64,000 bases of DNA, taken from Lepidodermella squamata (taxonomy: Eukaryota; Animalia; Gastrotricha). The notes under the pieces are model-generated. The model was given only the letters and a program-made list of their open reading frames with translations. It made no database searches and had not been told where the DNA came from. The stretch's first letter is position 1. Every line of letters starts with the position of its first letter. Below, in pieces: positions 56,221 through 64,000 of the stretch. A program made the translations under genes and the position numbers. The DNA is taken from positions 186,001-250,000 of the forward strand of contig JBLDXI010000020.1 in assembly GCA_047495785.1 (NCBI GenBank), in the 5' to 3' direction.

Positions 56221-56401
56221 TGTCATACGTCCTGAATAAGCGATCTTAGGGTCGCTTATGGGATCTCTTCGGTCGGGCAGTTGAGTAGCGATAATTACAG
56301 TCTCGCATACTTCCTTATCCAAACTTTTCACTGCTGTAACACGGTGGAACATCATGGAGTGGTCTTCTACAGTCGGGGTCGGTCATTGATGATTGAATCA
56401 T

Positions 56402-56487
56402 GGTCGACCCGATTGTGGATCGAACTCATGTCTATCAAACTTGACGCTTAATGCACTGCAGACAACTAGCAACTAGCCTACTGTGGG
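56402..56487 (-). mobile_element. Possible tRNA-derived SINE head (degenerate)
   Basis: The minus strand has an A-box-like taggctagttg and a B-box GAGTTCGATCC at tRNA-like spacing. No intact cloverleaf. Confidence 0.3.
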
Positions 56488-57903
56488 CATTAACATAAAT
56501 AAAAAATGGTACTTCGCGAACCGCTCTTCACCCTACTTGAAGCGACTTACAGTAGCATATAAAGAGGGTTGGGAAGTTAAAGCCGATAAATAGAAGCTAC
56601 CGCGAGCGAGTGTAATGATTTTTAGGACATAGGCTATTAAGGTTCACGGTGAGATTCAGGTGTAGGATCTGGCATCGGTTGAAGCCAAGAATCAAGGAAT
56701 ACCCGAAACCCGTAAGGAGGCACCCAGAAAAGACGCGTTGCTATGACAAACGTTTTATACATGAAATACATGAATAGTAAGTAATATTGTGAAAGATTTT
56801 TCTTTCAAAGTCGACTCATTTTATTTCAAGGAATTATATAATTATTTGATATTTGATGGTATTACATAACCGTTTTTCTTTTTTTGTAATGGTTTTCTGC
56901 TTGAGGCGCCTTTAAACGACCTTTGTCATAGCTGCCCCCATTACACTCCACCATAGCCCGTTGCCAATTAGGCTTGAGTTGATTAAATGAGCAATAATAA
57001 GCAGTGATTAATTGTAGTCCTCCTATGTTTCTTTTTTTTGTTGTCCAAAACTGAGCTTTTGGACGGGCTATTAGTTTTTACCTGCTATTTTAGTAGCGGA
57101 ACTCAGATGTGTGCCCTTTTTTAGCACAATAAAACGAGAAAATGTGCAAAAAGGCGTACTTGAATATGATGGGTCACTGTATATGTGTTTCTTCCCCGCT
57201 CAAGCATTTGTCAAGTGCTGACGAATACATGAAGAGGAATAAAAGTAAAGAATAATATAGGAAATGCTATGCTGAAAGTATATCTAACGATTTCGGTCGG
57301 CCTCTGTGTGATCGCAAGTCGCTAGCGTTGAACCCGCACCAGACAAACCTGCTGCCTTTTCGCTGCTAGTAACCACTAGGCTGCTGAGCTAGCAAATTCT
57401 ATTTATTTTAATGTTTTATCACTTTTTGTCTGTCTACACCTTTACCCTTGACCTACCGTTTCATGCATCTGTCATGCAATGTGTGCTCTCATCTATTATT
57501 AATCTATTTTACTCACTGGTCACTTTTTTGAAATTTGCAGGAGAGACAGTAAAAAAACGCGCTTCTTGTTGCACCAACTTGAGATTTTACGTTGTGTGCT
57601 TTACGATTGACATTTATTGTTTCCCCTGCTGTATGCTAGACTCATGCGATTAATTAATGACCTCTGGAGAATGTACTGTCATCTTTCGTTTTATAATGCT
57701 CACCCCAAATGGCAATTTCGCCCATTGTTTTAAGGTCGGAGCTTGCGAGAAAATCAGCTTAGGCTCTGCGAGAATAGTTGAACAAAACTCCACTGCTTTC
57801 ATTTTATATTTGTCTTTTATATCCGCCTGATAGATGAATGAATTATAACTGATATTAGTCTAATCATAATGGGTTTCTCCCATTGTTGAACTTCACATTC
57901 AAT

Positions 57904-59412
57904 ATGCTTTATACGTGTCGGTGTGGCAACTTCCATATAAAGGCTCCAGAGCATGCGGCTGGTGAGTATTCATGCATTGCAGCTGTACTATGTAGAACTT
58001 TTCTCTTAGGTTCACCCAGCAAGTCTGACTGGATGGCGATATCGCCGGCTGAAACGCGCATCGCTTGGAAGTTCCTATCGTTCAATGTCACGCGCGACAT
58101 AGCCAATGGTCCTCGCTGTAAGTACTCGTATTGCGTTCTTTGCTCAGCTTGGGTGATTGGCGAACGAGAAGATAACACTGTGGTGTTCAACAAGCAATTT
58201 TTCAGCGCTCAACCGGTAAAACCTCTTTCTTGTGTTAGATTGCCGTGTTCTAGTGACTACAATCTCTCTAGGATGGCACTTCGCAACCGCCAGAACCCTT
58301 GGAATCCACGCTTCAGCTTTACAAGTTTTTATCACCCGATTACGTTGGCAACGAAACTTTCGCAGCTAATGATGGTAAAATACCGATGGTCTTTCTATTA
58401 ATCATGCTCAGGAATTTTATCTTTGCAAGGATTCCAATCAGAGGCTCTGGCTCTGAAGGCTATTGGCAATCGATACTTAGAGGACGAAAGAGGAAAAACG
58501 AGAAACAGAATTGCGTAAGTCCCAACTTGCGCCAATGCATTTTTCAACGAGTTAACATTATTTGTTTATAGGCAATTCGAATATCAAGAATGGGCGAAAT
58601 TCGATTCTATCAAGGTCGACTGTGAGCGCCAACTAGACGCGCTGGAAAAGTTTGTCAACGCTTCATTCTAACAGAACGTGTGAATGTTTTCATTATTCTA
58701 GAAGCTTGCGTGATGCTTACAGCACTGTCACAAGTTTAGGAATGAACAACGTGCCGAATGAAAGCACAGGCACGTCAGGTTCGCAAACATTTCCTTTCGT
58801 CGAAGTGATATTCATTTGACATTTTATAGCGTCGATATTGTCGCCTGATGACGGATTTGCTCAGACTGATGACGATGATCCACCCAGAGAAGTAACGTCA
58901 GATTAATTTTTTAGTTAGCTTGATCATGAAGACTTATCATCATTTAGTGGCGTGACGTTATTGCTCACTCGAACGACTTCACTGAGGCTGACGTATTCGA
59001 GCTTTCCGATGAGTCCGGCAACGACGCTGGTCTTCCGCTTTCAACTTTTCCGGAAATAATGCGTGATTCATCTTTCGATAACGACACTCGTATGAGCGCG
59101 AGCTCAATTTCTGGAAAAGCCGGTGCTAACGAAGCTCGATCTGCTGCCATGCCGTTGCCGTTGTCTGCCAACATCCCAGATTCAGATGGTCGCTTAATGT
59201 TGTCTCGGTCGCAACCCAGAGCTATTCCGATGAACCAATCAAATTATGGCCGGACGGCGCCAAGCTATGCTCTGCTTAACGATGATGAAAACACCGGCGA
59301 TGTCAGGAATGTGGCTAAAGCGATTCAGATGTTAGCTCGAAGCATCGTCTCGGATGGAACGGAGCTGTTTGCGGCGCCTACTGGCATTCACGATTACGAA
59401 GTTGGCTCGTAG
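57904..59412 (+). CDS. AKT1S1: PRAS40/AKT1S1 (Lobe)-like mTORC1 regulator
   Basis: Seven exons: N-terminal TCRCGN and CVLC, coiled coil YLEDERGKTRNRIAQFEYQE, TOS-like VFELSDE, SQPRAIP, and C-terminal DVRNVAKAIQMLARSIVSDGTELF (cf. PRAS40 DLDRIAASMRAL...VFG). Confidence 0.65.
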
Positions 59413-60516
59413 GGCAATCAGGGCAACAGCCTTCATATCTAAAGACTATATTACATAGATACATAAAGAAGCTGTCGAAGTAATGCACCACCAACAAATG
59501 TTTTCTTTGCCATATTGCCTCGATGTGGATGAATTGCTTAATGTTGAATCCATCCTCCGGTTATTGGGAGTATCATCTCATATGTATCGAGCGATCAGCC
59601 GTTATAATTCACGTGTTATGTGCGCCGCGCCCATTGAGTTCACTCAATCTGGGACCATCTGATATTGATGCTAACTATTTTATGTGCATCACCTCGTTTC
59701 TGTGTCGTCAGTACGAAAACTAGTTGAAACATGGTTACTATTGTCTGTTGACATGCAAAAGCTTTTTGCGATTTAGTGCGTCCAAAAATTCATTTGCTAC
59801 ATAGAATCAATTCATCTCTAATTTATAGTTGAATTCAAATTCGCAAAGCTGATCAAATGCGCCGTACCGATCCAACACAATTTTGCTTTCAAAATCGGCG
59901 GTGTTTTTGTACGAACAGCTTTTGCACATACAAACACATACAAAAGAATCTTTTGCTACTGAAACTGAAGAGTTGCCTGTTCTGTAACATGCTTTTCATT
60001 CACTGAATTTTCACGTTGCCTATCGTAACTAAGCTTTTCGTTACTGCCGTGGAAACGATGATTCACGTCTTTAGAGTATATATCAAACGTTTATACGCCG
60101 TAATATTGAAAATATTTGAAGTTGATAATTTGTTATGGTCTGAAAAGGTGACCACTAATTTTGCTACAGCGTCTATCCCCGACTAATAATAATTAAAACG
60201 CATATCTATTTACGCTGTATACACATGCATACATGAGTATATATAAATATATATACATATTTACATTTTGAAGATTGGCAGGATGCGTCTCGTTTTTTGT
60301 GGACTAATCGACATCAGTACATCGGAATGTTAAAATTCAGTCAGCAAAATATCATGCGAATCGCATTCTGAGGCCTTAATCATTTCACCGGAACCCGCTG
60401 TATTGTGCAGCGAATATGTGCAACGCTCACACGCTTTTGAAACGTGTCGCGATTGCTGTGTTTCTTTTGATTGAGGTCAATAAATCATTTGTAACTGGAA
60501 TAGATTTTTTCAAATT

Positions 60517-61606
60517 ATGGGTGAATTATGGCGTGAGGAAGATTTAACGTTGATCGCAGCCCAGCTGAAAGTCCGATCGCTGTTTTATTCAGTTCCTTGC
60601 GCTGCATTCTGCGTAGTTGGTTACGATGCTGCTTCTGATGATCCTGAAGAAAATTTAGAGAAAAGTTGGTGCTTGAAAGAAATACAAGGATTAATCGTAA
60701 TTTCAATTATCATTTTCAGCAGTAATTCAAACTTTCGAAAATACATTATCGCCTTCCTTCGACCTTTTTGACGCGAACAGCGGCGACAATTGGGAAGCGA
60801 AGCCTGTCGTGGGGAGTGAACCAGATGTTAAGAAGTCTACGGACTTGTTTGATGCGCTGATTTCGGACAGCTACCCTGATGCGCCTCTTCCTGATTACAT
60901 ATCAGCTGCCGATAAAATCAGCGTCACTGATGAATATTTCGAAGCCGTGGCAATCGAATTCGCTGAAAAGCAGAAAACAGATCCCAGCGAGGGTCGAAAA
61001 CGAGCTATTTTGGCTCTGATTATATCACGACTCGATTCTGAGACCGTTCCGCCTGTAATTGACATTTTGCCTCGTGTCTGCTCGTTTACTGATGAAAGTG
61101 CAAACCCAAATCTGCTCAACATTTGGTTTGATGTTTTTGGTACCCTGCTTGGGCAAGGGAGATTCCGATATCATTCCAGCGCGCAATACTTTCTGGTGTT
61201 ATTCCAGCGTCATTGGCAGGCGAAAAAACACGCGAGCTTTATTCTCACTATTATTACCGATCATGTTCATGGTTGGACCCAGCAAGTTTTGGATTTTCTA
61301 AATTCAGTCTTCAAAATAATGTGGAGCGAATCGGACGATTCATCGTATCTCAACGAATTCGATCTCAGCAGATTATTACAGGCTCTTCATACTGTAATTG
61401 TGTCACCTGAGTTGCGACATCTCGCATCAACAGCTGACTATTTCGCTGTGCTGAACACCCTTGCGAAGCGCTTTCCCGCATTTTTCCACAAGAACTCTAT
61501 CTTTGTCGCGATTATCACTGAACTTTCCACAATGATCAAGCTAAACCAATGCACGTCAGTCTCATCTCTGTTGTTTAAACGTCTTCAGAGTATTGCTGCT
61601 AAATAA
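60517..61606 (+). CDS. Alpha-helical repeat protein, possibly a divergent FANCE
   Basis: ORF 60517-60664 splices in phase 1 (intron about 55 nt) into the frame of ORF 60809-61606. The C-terminal helical pattern GWTQQVLDFLNSVF...LSRLLQAL...STADYFAVLNTLAKRF...LLFKRLQSI loosely resembles the FANCE C-terminus. Confidence 0.55.
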
Positions 61607-62052
61607 AACTCAAGAAGTAACGCACACTCATAATTTATTGACTTTTGAATCAAAGGCGACTGAATATTAATTCATTGAGCATGTTTTCAGTATAACAAGA
61701 GAAAATAATATAAAGATGCGGCTGGCCAATAATAGGCGCTTGCACATGCGAGAAGGAAGCATCAATAAAGAATTATCAAGTACATATGATTAGCACCTCA
61801 GTCAAACTGGCCTAAATGTAGAAAACCCTCTGTTATAGCAAAACAACCGATTCGTTGCAGCACGCAGACGGCTATCAAATCAATAAGATGACTGTGATAG
61901 ACTAGAGTTTAATATATATATATCGTCGATCATAATTAGCACACGTTTAAGCCTAGTTTTAGATCGTTTGTTCTGGTACAGGAATATCTCAGAATGCCTG
62001 TAGAATTGAGCAGTCCGTGGAAATTCGCAACAAGAGAGCTGGTTAACTGAGT

Positions 62053-63201
62053 TTAGAGTTCCTCGTGGTACCTGAGCGCCTCGCCAAAGTCTAAAGCTTG
62101 GCTGCCAACGAAAACGTCGTGCTTATCAAGCATTTCCTTTAGCGTCAACGTTCCGTCCTTGTCGCCGTCAGCCTCGTGAATGAGATGACGCGATTCGGCT
62201 GCTGCGTGATCGTAATCAGAAGGCAATAGCCATTTTCTTAGCTCGTCCTTATCCATGTAGCCATCACCATTTGCATCTCGGTGACGTGCGAATGCCTCGC
62301 GCTCAGACTGTACCCAATCTGGTTCAGCTGCGTTAGGGTCGCGCTCGCGATCAGGCCACATGTCACCGATGTATTCATCGAGAGAGACTTGTCCGTCTTT
62401 GTCTTTATCAATATCCTCCAGAGTTTCAATAACAACGATGTCGTGCATGCGGTTAAACTCTTCCGGATGCAGGAAAGCTTCAAATTCATCGCGTGACAGA
62501 ACACCGTCACCATCTTTATCGGCAGTATTCCAACGACGTTTATCACGCTTGAGCATGGCATTGTAATCGAACCCATCTTTTGGCAAAGTGTCTTCAGCTA
62601 CAACATTGATAAATCAATATACAACGACTAAAATTTGCAAAATCCTTACATTCGTATCCGTATGTCTTTTTCATGAAAGTGACAAAGTCTAGATTGCCAC
62701 CTTCCTTGAGGCCGTATTCTTTCCATTGCCGATCAGTATCGGTTTTGATATATCTGTGCTGAATCCTGTATTTATGACAAACAATGAGCTGAATGAATCA
62801 ACAAGTGGTATCAAGTGCTCACTTCGAGATCCAATCCTTCAATTCTTCATCAGTGACCACACCATCTTTATTGGCATCGATTTTATCGAAAATTTTGCTG
62901 AAAGCATACAATGAATACTTGAACAAATATTCTGGTAAGTCAACTAACCCCAGTTCCGCTCGGCTTTCCTCCGGTGACAGATCTTCCAACCGACGAGCTT
63001 CTTCTTGTCCGACAAAGGCGTTATGGTCGTAATCAGGATTATGCTCGCCATCTTTGAAATGCTGTCCACCGCCCAATCCCTGCTGGAACTAAATACTTGA
63101 TAATTGATAACACAATTTGTGCATTTATCTACCTCATCGTGACTTGCATTCGCAACCACGCACACCAGTAAGACAGTTAAACAAGCACGAACCAGCGCCA
63201 T
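62053..63201 (-). CDS. CALU: Calumenin/reticulocalbin (CREC family EF-hand ER protein)
   Basis: Signal peptide, [17 protein letters not shown], multiple EF-hands ([30 protein letters not shown]), FLHPEE, EPDWV, FVGSQA.DFGE and a C-terminal HEEL ER-retention signal. Confidence 0.92.
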
Positions 63202-64000
63202 CAAAATGTTATAAATCCTATTTTTCGGTTATAGAAAATCAAAATGTATTAAGGTTGGCAAATAGCATCTTAGGCGCGCCGTCACATCAGCAACGTGAGC
63301 TTAAGGCTTTCATGTTAATAGGTTTCATCGTCGAAAAGTTTCAAGCGGTAGCGGACCCTCCTGGCAAACGTTGATCAGGATATCGCCGGCCGAAAAAATC
63401 AGATCTCTACTACAAATTTAAAATTTAGGGTATTTTAAAGCTATTTCAGCACACAGCACAAGAATACGCACGAATATCTTTAGAATCAATAGAATTGACG
63501 GTGTCGGGTCGGGGCCCACTGGCCAGATGGAGAATATCCCCAATACGTTGAATAAAAATCCTTACACTTCACACTTCCTAATTCTGGGTTAGTGCGTATA
63601 GAGTGTCCATGCTCCATGCCGTGACTCCTGCTGATTTGCTAGCTACTAGGGACTAGAGCAAATAGCGATTACCATGGCATTACGCACGCTAAGGTGCGCT
63701 ACTTAGCTACCTAGCGATCAGAAGCGGGAAACAGAAAGTTGCATCACATCAGTCAAAAACCTTGAGGTAAAAAGCTTCCAAGAGCAATGTCACTCGACAG
63801 TCGATGAACGATTGTCCCTTAAGGATAGAGCTGCTTATGGTCAACGCTCGACGCATCTCCTATCTCCTACGAAAATATGAAAGAAAAAGATGAGATTTTG
63901 CCCAAGAAAAAGGCTGTCCCAAAAAACTGCGATTGTCACTGCGATGAAGGTCAAGAAAACAAATATCTAAAACTATCTAACTTTAGTTGATCAATTATTT

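Noticed and set aside
63730-64000. Possible exon at the window end
   Set aside because: Reading frames are short and inconsistent, with no identifiable product.

Overview
Eukaryotic (metazoan) genomic DNA from a compact genome with many very short spliceosomal introns, mostly about 50-60 nt. W-X6-Wamide peptides and a HOATZ homolog suggest a ciliated protostome or spiralian invertebrate (inference). About 16 intron-containing genes can be reconstructed by hand: a coiled-coil protein, WDR7/rabconnectin-3beta, two tandem MIP/allatostatin-B-type neuropeptide precursors, two tandem SLC5 sodium:solute symporters, an orphan rhodopsin-like GPCR, polo kinase PLK1, NAP1L, an SLC6 amino-acid transporter, SRSF7-like, a TMED/p24, HOATZ, PRAS40/AKT1S1-like, a FANCE-like helical protein and calumenin. 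Intergenic DNA carries MITEs and non-autonomous DNA transposons, a LINE remnant, a probable pseudogene and a Penelope-type hammerhead ribozyme. The most notable item is the duplicated neuropeptide locus at 12.4-14.4 kb, which encodes six W-x-x-M-E-x-S-W-amide peptides in a modular exon layout largely invisible in the ORF track. Also notable are 5-, 11- and 15-nt microexons and strong intron turnover between the SLC5 paralogs. All homology calls come from motif recognition, not database searches.
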